64,000 nucleotides of DNA. It comes from Lama glama. Its lineage: Eukaryota. The notes under the pieces were generated by a model. That model saw nothing but the letters and a program-made list of their open reading frames with translations, made no database searches and was not told the origin of the DNA. Shown one piece after another: positions 36,376 through 48,634 of this stretch. Position 1 is the stretch's first letter. Each line of letters begins with the position of its first letter. The stretch lies in assembly GCA_028534125.1 (NCBI GenBank), contig CM052818.1, positions 42,532,001-42,596,000 of the forward strand, written 5' to 3'. A program made the position numbers and the translations under genes.

Positions 36376-37125
36376 TGTTACCAAAACAAACTTGAGTCTA
36401 TCTGCCCATGTGCAGTCAAACCAACTATTGACAGCAGGTTGTGGTGAAGGAAAGTACAGTGTTTATTGCAGGGCGCTGAGAAAGGAGTCCAGACAGCGAG
36501 TGCTTAAAAAGTGCGAACTCCCCCATGGCTTTCAAGGAAAGGTTTTCTTTTTTTTTTATTTTAACTGAAGTGTAGCCAGTGTGTCCATTTCTAGTGCACA
36601 GCACAATGTCCCAGTCATGCATATACATACGTATATTCATTTCCGTATTCTTTCTCATTAAAGGTTTCTAAAGACAGGGTGAAGGAGGGGTGGCGTGGGG
36701 TGCATGACCTGCTCGTGGACATTCTTCTGATGGTGGTGAGGTTATGAGGAGTCAACGTCATCAACCTTCTGGTTCCAACAGGTCTGGGGTCTACGTGCTT
36801 GTGGGCAGCAGACAGTAACTTCTTCCCCTTGGCGGGGGTTTCAGTACCTGCAAAACAGCTCACAGGATATGGCTCCGAATATTATTTATAACACTTGAAG
36901 AAGAACTAGAAGTCCTTGACTTTGTTTAACGGCTAAACTGTTATTATTTTGTCTTGCTTGACTGTTTTCCTTTGCTTCTGCATTTTCTCACTTTTCTGAT
37001 TAAATTCATTCTTTGGAACTTGAGGAAGGCCTAGGAAGCGAAGGTTTCTCTGCAAACAAGAGGCTGGCGGAGGACAAGGGAGGGGTCCTTCCCAGGAAGG
37101 TCCCATAGGGTCCTGCTCAGTTACA
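36376..37125 (-). mobile_element. ERV1 solo LTR (MER34/MER39/LTR39-like) with a perfect CTCC TSD
   Basis: Termini tgttacc...cagttaca, with CTCC at 36372-36375 and 37126-37129. An antisense AATAAA ('tttatt') lies near 36462. Confidence 0.85.
36546..36659 (-). mobile_element. Short L1 3' end nested in the LTR
   Basis: Poly(T) followed by 'tgaagtgtagccagtgtgtccatttctagtgcacagcacaatgtcccagtcatgcatatacatac'. The TSD aaaggttt is at 36538-36545 and 36660-36667. Confidence 0.85.
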
Positions 37126-37679
37126 CTCCCTTTACAGGTCCCTTCCCCGAGATAACTGTGGAGGGCTAAGTGGCAGCTCAGAAGTCAGGAACAGGTTCTG
37201 CCAAACATTATGCAGTTGTTCTTGTAATGACTCTGTGAGCAATGTCATTGGCTTCCTCAGAAACTGAGCCTGGAGACATGAAGATAGAACTGGTCATGGA
37301 CTGGATGTGGGCAGCTGGTGGAGGGGCAGAAACGGCACTGAGATGCTGGGTACAAGCTGAGGCTTGTCCAGATGGTGGATTGCTCTGATTTGCTCTTCCT
37401 CTTTCTCACCTGCAAGAACCTCCGGACAATGATTGGTGGGGTCCTTTGCCACCTGGAAGACTTCGCAGCTCCTCACTCAAGCCTGTTGGACTACAGACGC
37501 CGGTGTGGGAGATGTGTAGTATCTGGGGCTCTGGGAACTGTTTAGACCAAGGAAATACCCGGATTTAGAGCTGACTCCACACAAGCCTGGGTAATGTCCC
37601 TGCTAGGGGCAACCTTAGACCATTTTTTGAAAAATAAAAAAAAAAAAATCAATTTTTTTGAAGCTCTTGGGTTCAACAT

Positions 37680-37808
37680 GGGATGGCCATATATTTTGAT
37701 CATCCAGAGCAGGACACTTTTGAGAAAGAGTGAGGGCATCATAAAAATCATGCTGGGACGACAGACAGCACTAAGGCTGTCCTGGGCGAAGCAGGACGTA
37801 TGACACTT
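37680..37808. mobile_element. MER94-like hAT-Blackjack MITE
   Basis: Reads 'ggatggccatata...ggacacttttgaga...ctgggacgacag...ctgtcctgggcgaagcaggacgtatg'. Confidence 0.7.
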
Positions 37809-38376
37809 TTGTCAGGCAGCCCGGGCAGAGGGGGTTTATATTAGATAGTGCTTTCTGGAATTATTTTCATTGTACTTGCAAGGACTTCAGCACATAGCTG
37901 AAGCTCCATCTTGATTTGGTGATTTCCTTTTGCTGCAATTAAGAGTTTAATTTTTGGAAGATTCTATTATGAGAAAGACCACTAGGATTGGGAAGAATAA
38001 TATAAATAGTCCCATTTGCATCATGATTTACAATTTACAGAGCATTTTCACACCTATTATGTCACCAATCTGGACCTCTTCCCTAAACCTGAAACCTCCA
38101 AAATGTAAGCTTGCTGCCTCCGAAGCGTAACGTTGTCTACACCGAGCTCTGCGGTGTCCGTTCCATGCCTACTCCTCTTCCTCCAGGAAGCCTTCCCTGA
38201 TCTCGATTCACCATCCCCACCCTCAGAGAAGGATGCACCCCCTCAGTAACCTGTGTGCTTGTCTACCTTGCTAACTAGAGAGCATGTCTTTGAGGGAGGG
38301 AGTGGGACTGATTCTCTGCTGTATTCTGAGAGCCAGCTCAGAGAATATTTGCTGGATGAATGAATCTGGCTAGAAC

Positions 38377-38700
38377 AATGCTTCTCAAAATTTAATGTAC
38401 GCCAATCACCTGGAGAGGTTTTTAAAAGGAAGATTCTCACATAGCCACCCTGAGTGGGGCCTGAAATTCTGCAAATGCTAGTGCTGCATGTCCTGGGACC
38501 GTACTGGAAGTAGACACTCAAGCACTAATAGTTAAACTTGGCTGTTCATTGGACTCACCTCTGGAAGTTTTTGATTGACATGTGCCTGGAGCATGCCTCT
38601 GGAGTTTCTGATGTAATGGATAAGGGTGCAGCGGGGTATCATGGTTTTAAAAGTTCCCCAGCTGCTTCTAGTGTGCAGCAAAGTTTGAGAACCATGATGC
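38377..38700. mobile_element. Two adjacent MER5A/MER5A1-like MITEs
   Basis: 'caatgcttctcaaaatttaatgtac...aatcacctgga' is followed by 'aaacttggctg...aagttccccagctgcttctagtgtgcagcaaagtttgagaacca'. Confidence 0.65.
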
Positions 38701-39699
38701 TGCAGGGAAATCTGTCACAGACATGCAACTTTCTAAGTAAAGGGCGTGGTTCCCTATAAAGCTAGGAAGAAGTGGGTTAATGGTACCTTACAATTTTAGA
38801 GTTCACAAAGGACTATAAGATCATATCCATTATTTTATTAGTTCCTTACAACCTGTGAGGAAGGCTGTTTTTTCACATGAGAAGCAGATTCAGCAAGGTG
38901 ATCCTTATACAGCAGAGATATGAATCAAGCTTTTTTTTTTTAATTCCAAATTTAATTTTTTTCCTGAGGTCGATGGAGAAAGCTGAGGGTTGTGGGTCAA
39001 GTCCAAGCCCTGACAGTTGAGCTGGGTGTCACTTGACTTTGGGCATTTCTTCTATGTCCCCACCCCTCCCCCATGCATATGATACCCAGGCAGCCCTCCT
39101 GGGTAATCTGTGTCACATTGAAGTCCTTGGATGAACACACTCGTCTGCTCTGTGCTTCCCCAGCTGTCCCACTGATGCTTCAAGACCAGGCTCAGATGTC
39201 CTTGCTTCCCTTGGGCAAGTTTAATCCCTCCCATGGGTACATCTCTGGTGGTCACTATTAGTGTCTATTTCTTCATTTGCATCTTCTAGCTTATAAGCTC
39301 TTTGAATTCATGGGCCATGTCTTATTTTCTTGTATTCCCTACACACATTACAGGGTCTCATATAAGATGTCCTCGGTAAATATGTTGAATAAAAATGGGT
39401 GGTAAAATAAATAATTATAGAGATTATAGAGAGATGTTTTAAGACTATAAGGACTTGGAAGATGGTAAAAAACTACTTTGGAAAGTTAAAAGCACGATAC
39501 TTAATGTAAGATAATATTATTACTCTGATTATTATAGAAATATTGTTGTTCATGTATTAATTTTATTTTAGTCTTCCAAGATGCTTATGCACTTTGTGCC
39601 TGAAATTTTCAGTTGACTAAACAAGCATTCTTGCTGTTTTAACAATTTAAGAATTACAATGAGAAAAAGGGTCATTTATATTAATCAGCTTATGGGGAA

Positions 39700-41100
39700 T
39701 AAAAGAAAAAAAGGAGAGAAAAAAGGAGTTACCCATAATCTTGCCACCCAAATGCACACTGGTAAAAATTGATGTATTTCTTTCCAGTCTGTTTCATGCA
39801 CAGAGTGTTTTCTCAAGCAGAGTTGTAACGATGCTGTTTGTGTACCATTTTATCCCTTTCTTTTTCACTTAAAATTATAGCATATTTATTCTGTCACATT
39901 ATTACTCCTTTTACAAGCATCTGTTTCAGTGACTATGTAATGTTGTTTCAAGTGTATACACCACAGTTTATATGCATATTGCCCTGCTCTTGGACATTTA
40001 GATTGCATTTTTGTTTTTGTGGATGTTGAATGATGCTGCTGTGATGACTTGTGATAAAGATTTTGTTTATCGGGTCAACATCCAGAGAAGTGATCCCCCA
40101 AATTTACGTTATTCATTCGATCACCAGCAATGTATTCTCAAGAGTCATCATTTCGTTGTCCTGTTTCCATAGCTGGGTGTTAAGAAATTTTAAGTTGTGG
40201 TTAAGTTGATAGGTGAAAAATGTTCTTTCACATTAATTTGCATTTCTTTTATTACTAGAGAGTTTGATAAATTCAAATGTTTAGCATGGGCTTACAGGTT
40301 CTTTTGAGCTTTAAAAGGATTTTTTTTTGAATATATAAACTTCTCGGGCAACTATTCTATGCCTCTTCTAATCTAAGAATCTATGATTCTCTAATATATA
40401 AATGCTGATGTCATTTAATAGACATTCAATGAGCGTCGTCTCTGCCTAATACATAGATGTTCAGAAATTTTTCCTACCATATATTTAAAAATTGTTTTCT
40501 AATTAAACGTGATGTAAATATTGGTAAACAGAAAAATGGCTACAGAATCATATTTTGCATGGTTGGAATCTTGTTACACACATAATTTTGTCTGTTTCTA
40601 AATTACATGTTACTTGGGGCTCTTTCCAATGATTATTTCAGAGAATGCAGGGTGTTCCACTGAATTGACGTAAAATTTATTATTTTATAGCTAGTATTTA
40701 TACTGACTTTGATTTTACTTGATTGTTTTGGTGCATCTGGCTTTATTCCGTATTTGAGATGATTTTCTTGAACTCACAAAAGTGAGGTTACTGGATCAAG
40801 TAGGCAAAATGTTTAAATGTCACATGCCTAACGTATTTCCTAAAGAGTCTTGAAAATTTGCTGTTTCATTACTGATAGAAGTTTACCAGTTTGAGCATTT
40901 TCATGGAAATCGGGAGCTAAATTTGAAAATTTGTTACAAATTTAATAGGCAGAAACTTCTAACTTATGTTGTAATTTGTATTTATTTTAATAACCAGATA
41001 GGCAGAACATTTAAAAATATTAGTTTACCAGTTGCCTTTCTTCTTTTGTGAATTGGTTCTTCAGCTTTGTTTGTTTTGTTTGTTTACCTAATTAGTACCT
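39700..41100 (-). mobile_element. Old L1ME-like fragments
   Basis: T-rich, with degraded antisense L1 motifs ('ttggacatttagattg', 'taatttgcatttcttttt', 'ttcttttgtgaattgg'). Confidence 0.5.
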
Positions 41101-41114
41101 TAATTCTCCTGCTA

Positions 41115-42255
41115 TTTTTTTTCTTAAAAAAAATACCAAACACTCTCACCCATTTCACACACCCTACATCCTCGGCTTCTGGCAATCATCAGTAATTTTT
41201 TTCAAATTCTACACGTAAGTTAGATCCTATAGTATTTGAATTTCTCTGACTTACTTCACTTAGCATAATGCTCTCAAGGCCCATCCATTGTTGTGGCAAA
41301 TGGCAGGATTTTCTTTTTATGGCTGAGTAATGTTCCATGGTATGTATATATCACACCTTCTTTATCGATTCCCCTATGGGTGGACACTTACGTTGTTTCC
41401 AAGTCTTGACTATCGTAAATAATGCTGCAATGAACATAAGGGTGATACCTTTCCAAGACTGATTTCATTCCTTTGGATAATACCCAGAAGTGGAATTACC
41501 GGATCATATGGGAGTTCTATTTTCAATTTTTTGAGGTGCCTCCATACTGTTTTCCCTATTGCCTGCACCAATTTCCATTCCTACCAAGAGTACATGAGGG
41601 TTTTCTTCTTTTCACATCCTCACCAANNNNNNNNNNNNNNNNNNNNNNNNNNNNNNNNNNNNNNNNNNNNNNNNNNNNNNNNNNNNNNNNNNNNNNNNNN
41701 NNNNNNNNNNNNNNNNNNNNNNNNNNNNNNNNNNNNNNNNNNNNNNNNNNNNNNNNTTGTATGTCTCCTTTGGGAGCTCCCTATTCATATTCCCTGCCCA
41801 TTTTAAAACCAGATTTTTTCTTTATTGATTTGTATGAGTTCTTTATATATTTTAGATATTAACCCCTTATCAGATATATGATTTACAGCTATTTCCACTC
41901 ATTCTGTAGGTTGCTTTTTTCATTTTGTTGATAGTGGATGTACAGAAGCTTTTTAGTTTGATGTAGGCCCACTTGTTTGTTTTTGTGTTTGTTGCCTTTG
42001 CTTTCAGTATGAAATCCAAAAATATCATTGCCAAGACCAGTGTGGAGGAGCTTACTGCCTATGTTTTCTTTTCTTTTGTTCCCTAAGGTGTTTTATGGTT
42101 TCAGGTCTTAGATTCAAGTTTTTAATGCATTTTGAGTTGATTTTTGTGTTTTCTGAGATACTGGTCCAGTTTTGTTCTTTTGCACATGGCTGTCCAGTTT
42201 CCCCGCACCATTTACAGAGGAGACTATCTGTCCCCTTGGCTATTTTTGTCATTTT
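41115..42255 (-). mobile_element. L1 (3' UTR plus ORF2 C-terminus) with an N gap
   Basis: Reads 'ttctctgacttacttcacttagcataatgctctcaagg...atacccagaagtggaattaccggatcatatgg'. The minus-strand ORF 42052-42252 gives KWCGE...KINSKCIKNLNLRPETIK. Confidence 0.92.
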
Positions 42256-42332
42256 CTTCTGTTAACAGTCTTCTGGGTTACTGGAAACAATGAGGGAGGG
42301 ATTCAAAGTAATTAAATATTTTTTTCCCACAG

Positions 42333-42831
42333 NNNNNNNNNNNNNNNNNNNNNNNNNNNNNNNNNNNNNNNNNNNNNNNNNNNNNNNNNNNNNNNNNNNN
42401 NNNNNNNNNNNNNNNNNNNNNNNNNNNNNNNNNNNNNNNNNNNNNNNNNNNNNNNNNNNNNNNNNNNNNNNNNNNNNNNNNNNNNNNNNNNNNNNNNNNN
42501 NNNNNNNNNNNNNNNNNNNNNNNNNNNNNNNNNNNNNNNNNNNNNNNNNNNNNNNNNNNNNNNNNNNNNNNNNNNNNNNNNNNNNNNNNNNNNNNNNNNN
42601 NNNNNNNNNNNNNNNNNNNNNNNNNNNNNNNNNNNNNNNNNNNNNNNNNNNNNNNNNNNNNNNNNNNNNNNNNNNNNNNNNNNNNNNNNNNNNNNNNNNN
42701 NNNNNNNNNNNNNNNNNNNNNNNNNNNNNNNNNNNNNNNNNNNNNNNNNNNNNNNNNNNNNNNNNNNNNNNNNNNNNNNNNNNNNNNNNNNNNNNNNNNN
42801 NNNNNNNNNNNNNNNNNNNNNNNNNNNNNNN
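42333..42831. other. Assembly gap (499 N); other gaps at 6734-6924, 7958-8134 and 41627-41756
   Basis: Runs of N are directly visible. Confidence 0.99.
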
Positions 42832-45291
42832 NCCTCTAACTCTATGGTCTGATCTTACAATCTATGTGTCTATTTTTCATAAAAAGAAATATCTGTCAGC
42901 CTCAAGTCACGCTAGGTCTGTACAATACAGCACTTAACAAATGGCATTCATTCTAACAGTTTAGCACAACAAAGCAAAAAAGGTTATTTTTAATTAAAAA
43001 AAGGAAGTCTAGTATCTTAAAGAACTCACCGGGAAATCGACAATACTGTGAATATAGTGCTGTTGCTTAAAAGCAATGCTCTGAATAATTTAAAAAATTT
43101 TCAGGCACTTTTTTAGGCAGGCACAGAATTGATATTTGTGAAGTAAATTTCTTCTAAATGAAGAATCTGAATATTCCTTTGTCAAATTTCTGTTTCATTT
43201 AAAATGCATGTGCTCTTTTGAAGGAGTTAAAATTTATAGACCAGGTTATTATTATTATGTTTTTAACCAGAATTTGCTGGCATTAAAAAAATAATTGATC
43301 ACCTGAAATCATACCACCCCTGATTTTAGATCTATATTTATAGAATCATTAGGACATTGACTTGCCGAGACAAGGAGATAAACTGATGAACTTCCAAAAG
43401 TCTTTTCTGTCTATCTTAGGTATTTCAGAATTTAGGAAAAAAATAGAAATATTTCACCTAAAGCCTATATAATTTTATCCTGTGAAATGTGAGGGCTCCT
43501 TTATTAATCAAATGATGTTATTTCTAGAATACATTTGTGTGTGTGTGTATGAATGGAAGATTCTTCCTCTATTAAGCAAACTTAATATTTAATTTTTCTA
43601 ATGCTATAAAAGGTGCCAAAAGAGCCACTTTTTGCTCTAGAGGAAGGATTCTTGATTGTTTAAGCACTAAAGTTATTGGGAAGTTGAAGAAAATAAACTT
43701 GAAGTTACAAGCTATGGTGTATTTTCTGCAAATGAAGCAGGTTATCAGTTTCTTCAAAAGGACTTGAAAACTGTTATTGTGAAATATAAGAAAAGCTTTG
43801 GCATGGAATACTTCTGTTAGAGTCCTTTAAAAAGTCAGGAGATAGTGAGGAATTGAAGAGACTAATGGAATGTGTTATGTATGAAAACGGCTTTTTCTTT
43901 CCATGGGTTGAAGGTATTATATCTCAAGCCAGAGTTTACACAGCGTATCCTCAGAGGAGGAGGGGTCAGTGTGTTGGATTAATTTTTTTAACAACCTTCT
44001 ACTTGGTAGCATTAAATGTATTCTCTCTCAGAACTGTTGTGAATTTAATGGGCCATTCTATATGCTGGCAGGAGATACTAGTATGGGCATTATAATGGAA
44101 CATGCCAATCCATATCTTTTTCGTTACAGAGTTGAAAATAGCTTTTCTCTCCCCACCCCCAATTATGCTGCTCCAAGATATACCTGTAAGAAATTTAAAC
44201 CTTTGAAAGTGAGCAATTTTATTTTGTTCTCGGATGTTTGGAAGATAAATCTTAGCTAAAACACATGCTAAAATAGTATCTTGTTAATGGAATGATTGAC
44301 ACCCACAATTTACATGTGAATTCTACCCAACTGTATGGTGTTTAAAAGGATCTTTAATTATTTCACCTGATGTGACTGTGGCTGTTGTTCCACTTGTATC
44401 TTCCCAGAGAATATTATAGAAGATTTCAAGGTTGATGGCAGAAATTGGTTTTAGATCACCAGTAGACTGGAGATTTCTAAGTGTGCCCTGCTCTATGATA
44501 TGTGAACAGACTAATTTCCACACGCTGTTTCAGAATTAGTAATACAATTCTTAACTGCATTTGATTTTTTTAATATTTAAGTGGTCTTAGTTTAAAGCAT
44601 AAGTTATTCAGAAGTTCAAAATGGTAGCCATTCATAGAATATTCCTTGAGCACCTTTTTAAGGTACCCAACTAGCTTCTTGACATGTAAACCAACCATTA
44701 TAATTCCAAGTCCTCTAAGACAAGTACACAGCAAAGACTCTTGTCCTCAATGGATTTCTCATTGAAAGTGCAGTTTTTTCCATAGTCTGAGCTCTCAGGG
44801 GCTCAGAGAGAACCTAATTTATCATTTCTATACGCTAGACTTTGTCTATCTCATTCTCCTTTATGCCAGTTAGAAGCTTTCCTTTTTATCACCTCTATTT
44901 TTGCAGTGGGGGGTATATGCTTCTTGTGTTCCATTGCTCTCTTGCGACCTGACTTTTTTTCAGGCTGTCCCAAGCAAGTTTAAACATTTCCGCGTGCTCT
45001 GATAATTGTCCACACTTTCCCTTTATCGCGTGTAGGACTGAAAGTATTTTCTGGATGAGAGTGTCTCATCTTTCTTTTCCTCTTTTAATGATAGAACCAA
45101 AACCTGTTCTCAAAACCAGACCTGCTTCTTCTGTTTCTGATACTCTCTTTCCAAACAATAGTTTTTTTTTTTGCTAATATACTAATTCTGAAGCCTTCCT
45201 AGTATAGCTTTCTCTCTGCCTCTGACAAAGCTGATTCTTTGAATCATAGTATTTCTGACCACAGAGCTTTTAGACTTCATTCTTATATCAT

Positions 45292-45581
45292 TTTTTTAAA
45301 AAAATTGAAGTATAGTCGATTTACAATGTTGTGTTAATTTCTGGTATATAATGTAGTGATTCACTTGCATATATATATATATATATATATTCTTTTTTAT
45401 GTTCTTTTTCATTATAAGCTATTACAAGGTATTAAATATAGTTCCTTGTGCTATACAATAGGTCTTGTTATTTATCTATTTTATATATAGTGGCTAGTAT
45501 CTGCAAATCCTGAACTCCCAATTCATCCTTCCCCACCCCTTTTCTTCCTTTCCCCCTTGTTAACCCCATTTCCCCCCAGTA
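45292..45581 (-). mobile_element. Young L1 3' end containing (AT)n
   Basis: Reads 'attgaagtatagtcgatttacaatgttgtg...tccttgtgctatacaatagg...tatctgcaaatcctgaactccc'. A possible TSD atatcat lies at 45285-45291 and 45582-45588. Confidence 0.9.
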
Positions 45582-47065
45582 ATATCATCTTAATTTACAA
45601 TAATTTAAGGGAGCTTTTTTCACCATTCTAAATCCCCTAAAATGAGATAACTCTAATATGATAGGGACGCTATTCATCTGTTATCTGTTTGTTCACAAAG
45701 TTTACCCACTCAGTGACTCATCTCATAGTCTGAGTCTCTCACTCATTCAGACACTTGGAAGGAGGCAAGAAAAGTCCACGCAGGAGACACATGGACTTTC
45801 GCACGGTGTCCATGACTAGTCAGTGTTCTGGATGGAAAGCGACCCATTTGGTGATCAATTCAGCTCCTCTGGGAGTGAGGGATGGAGGCGAGGTGGGGAG
45901 CATGGAGAACAGTTTAGGAGAGAGACAGAATTTGTGCTGGCCTAGAAATAGAATGGATGTCTGACTTCTAATCCAGGATTCCATGTACTCATCTCTAAAA
46001 AGGTTTACTTGTAGGACTTTGAAATTCTCCTTCAGCTCACTTATCTCCCAGCGAAGTCAATGATCTCCAGAAGACATGCACTCTTTAGTGTATTCATTTG
46101 TTTTACTGCTGACTTGAAAATTTCTTTTATTCCACCTTCTGATGATCTGATCTGTTGGTTGAAGTGCAAAGGCCTCATCTTGAAGGACTGGTAGGCCAAG
46201 AGCTAAGTCCAGGAAGAACAGGAGGAGGGGCCAACATCGGGGTGTGAAGTTAAGGGATTAAACTGGAGAGAAGATGAATGAAAGAAAACCAGACCCATAC
46301 AGGGGGCTTGGACAGAGGTCCTGAGTGGCTTATGAGACTGTTAGCCCCTAGGGCATGATGTGTCTGTGAGTCGGCCTTGTTAGAGAGCAAGGGGTGTGAA
46401 TACTCTTTTAAGTACCATATATGTGGCAAAATGTTCAAGTTCAGTAAATGGCAGATTCTGATGCTAGAAGATGTCGTTGTCAGGAGCACTGGAAGGTCAT
46501 CCTAAACCATGAGGCTGAGTTCTGTTTTTAAAACATCCCAAGTAAGGACTTTCAATGCCTCCTTCAGTGTTTAATGTCCCTTCCTAAGAGTAGACTCTTT
46601 CTTATTGCAAACCTACCAGTCGTTTCTTGTGTCCTCTTCCCTGACAATGGAGAAGGTTGAACACCATCTTCTGTACAGGGAATCTGACAGCCATTGCTTT
46701 TCTCCCTCAAACTTATATCCTAATGGCCTTAGTCTTTCTTCATTGATTATACTTTTGTTGATCAAATGGTCTGTAATTTGGGTTATGGAGTGGGGATTTA
46801 TATTTGTTGAACCCTTATGACCTGCTAATGTTGTTTTAGTCACTTCACATGTGTTAGTGAATTTGATTCGCCTTACTGCTCTAGGAGACAGTTTATTATG
46901 TCCATTTTATAAATGAAGAAATCGGATAAAACTTTTTCTATGGACTAGGATGCACAGTCTAGAATGTGAGAGACATTGGCAAGCAGCAAATCATTAATCT
47001 CTAGATTTATTTTAGAATTTCTAAATTAACTTTTGTTTTTACCAAAGTAATTCTTGCTCATGAAT

Positions 47066-47252
47066 TATATAAAATAGACAAGCAACAAGTTTCTTCTGTA
47101 TAGCACAGGGAACTATATTCAATATCTTATAATAACCTGTAATGAAAAAGAATATGAAAATGAATATATGTATGTATCTGTATGGCTGAAACATGATTCT
47201 GTACACCAGAAATTGACACACTGTAAACTGACTATACTTCAATTTAAAAAAA
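47066..47252 (+). mobile_element. Young L1 3' end
   Basis: Reads 'ctgtatagcacagggaactatattcaatatct...ctgtacaccagaaattgacacactgtaaactgactatacttcaatttaaaaaaa'. Confidence 0.9.
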
Positions 47253-47274
47253 TGGGGCTAAAAGACTTGACGTA

Positions 47275-47545
47275 GTGATAGCAAATGCTTATGTAGTGTG
47301 TACTTATATGTCAGGTACTGTTCTAAATGCTTTTTACATATTAGCTCATTTAATAATCACCACAACTTACTGATTTATTACTGATTATTAAGTGAGCTAA
47401 TATGTAAAAAGAGGACACAAGAAACATCTTCAGGGAAGGGGACACAAGTAAGTTATCTCCATCTTACAGATGGACACTGAAGTACAAAGAGGTTTATCTA
47501 GTTGCGTGAGGTCATAGAGCTTGTAAATGGTAGAGCTGAGATGTA
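47275..47545 (-). mobile_element. MIR SINE carrying an internal inverted duplication
   Basis: 'tacttatatgtcaggtactgttctaaatgctttttacatattagctcatttaat' resumes later as 'ccatcttacagatggacactgaagtacaaagagg'. Confidence 0.7.
47330..47411. repeat. Near-perfect 30-bp inverted repeat with a 22-nt spacer
   Basis: Arm 47330-47359 is the reverse complement of arm 47382-47411 at 29 of 30 positions. Confidence 0.95.
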
Positions 47546-47547
47546 AA

Positions 47548-47899
47548 TGCTATGGACTGATTGTGTCCCCCATGCCCCCATTCCTATGTTGAAGACTTAT
47601 CCCCAGGGTGATGGTATTTGGAGGTTGGACTGTGGGGAGGTGATTAGGTCATGAGGGCGGGTGGAATTGGTGCTCTTGTACAGGAGAGTCCAGAGCATCC
47701 TTCCTCCTTCATTCATTTGAGGACCAGCAAAAAGACAGTCTTCTGTGAAGCAGGAAGTAGGCGCTCACCAGACACCACGTGCGCCAAGGCCTTGATCTTG
47801 GACTTCCCAGCCTCCAGAGCTGTGCGAAGTCCATTTCTGTTGTTTGTAAGCCGTCCAGTCTGCAATATTCTGTAACAGCAGCTAGAGTAGACTAAGACA
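47548..47899 (+). mobile_element. MaLR solo LTR (MLT1A-like)
   Basis: Reads 'tgctatggactga...gtgatggtatttggagg...ccttgatcttggacttcccagcctccaga...gactaagaca'. Confidence 0.9.
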
Positions 47900-48634
47900 G
47901 AAATCGTGGGTAGCTGGGCACACATTTTATAGCTCTGCTCTTCTGCTTGGAAAGGTAGCGGCAGCCCTGCCCAACTCCTCCCGTGCCTGGTTCCTCTTCC
48001 TAGAGACAACTACTCTTAACTCTTTTTGACGTTTAACTGATAGTGTTTCTAAATAATGTATTTACACTGCCATTTATTAATCATCAGTTGTAGACTTGCC
48101 CTTTTGAGTTCCTCTGTGTAAGATAAGGAATTAGTTCTTATACATCCCTTTCCTTCTTATTTTCTACCCTCATTTTCTTAATCTTGTTGTCTCACAATTT
48201 CTAATTCATCAGCGTTTACCTTATGTAAATGCTTATGTAAATTTTGATTATTTATGAACCAAGTTGTTTATAATTATTACATTTTCTTTCGCATTTAATT
48301 TTTATTTTCCTGGAACAAATAATTGCCTCATTTATCATTGGCTTGGTTGTCTGTGTATCTGTTTTTCTTTTGCCCCCATGCATTCAGTCCAATTTCATAT
48401 GCTACCTGGTATTTTTTGTAAAGATTCAAATATGTCAGAAAAACTCATCAAATCTATGATTTTTTTTCCTAAAGCTCTCTCTCCTGAAATCCCTACTCTC
48501 CCTTTCTAGAAGTGACCAGTTGTTGGCAGCTCTGGTGCACAGCTCTCCTCCTGGGACAATTGATATCCCTTGTTCTTACTTCCTGGACCCCATGTCTTCC
48601 TCTTCCTGATTCACTCCCTGGCTGTATTATGTCA

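Noticed and set aside
42290-42937. 215-aa ORF and the other X-filled ORFs near 6.7 kb, 7.9 kb and 41.6 kb
   Set aside because: Their length comes from translating through N gaps.
21214-43813. 19/20-bp match between 21214-21233 and 43794-43813, and five plus-strand GCATGGAAT 9-mers
   Set aside because: A rough estimate gives on the order of one such near-match by chance among all position pairs in 64 kb, the flanks do not align, and the motif was chosen after the fact.
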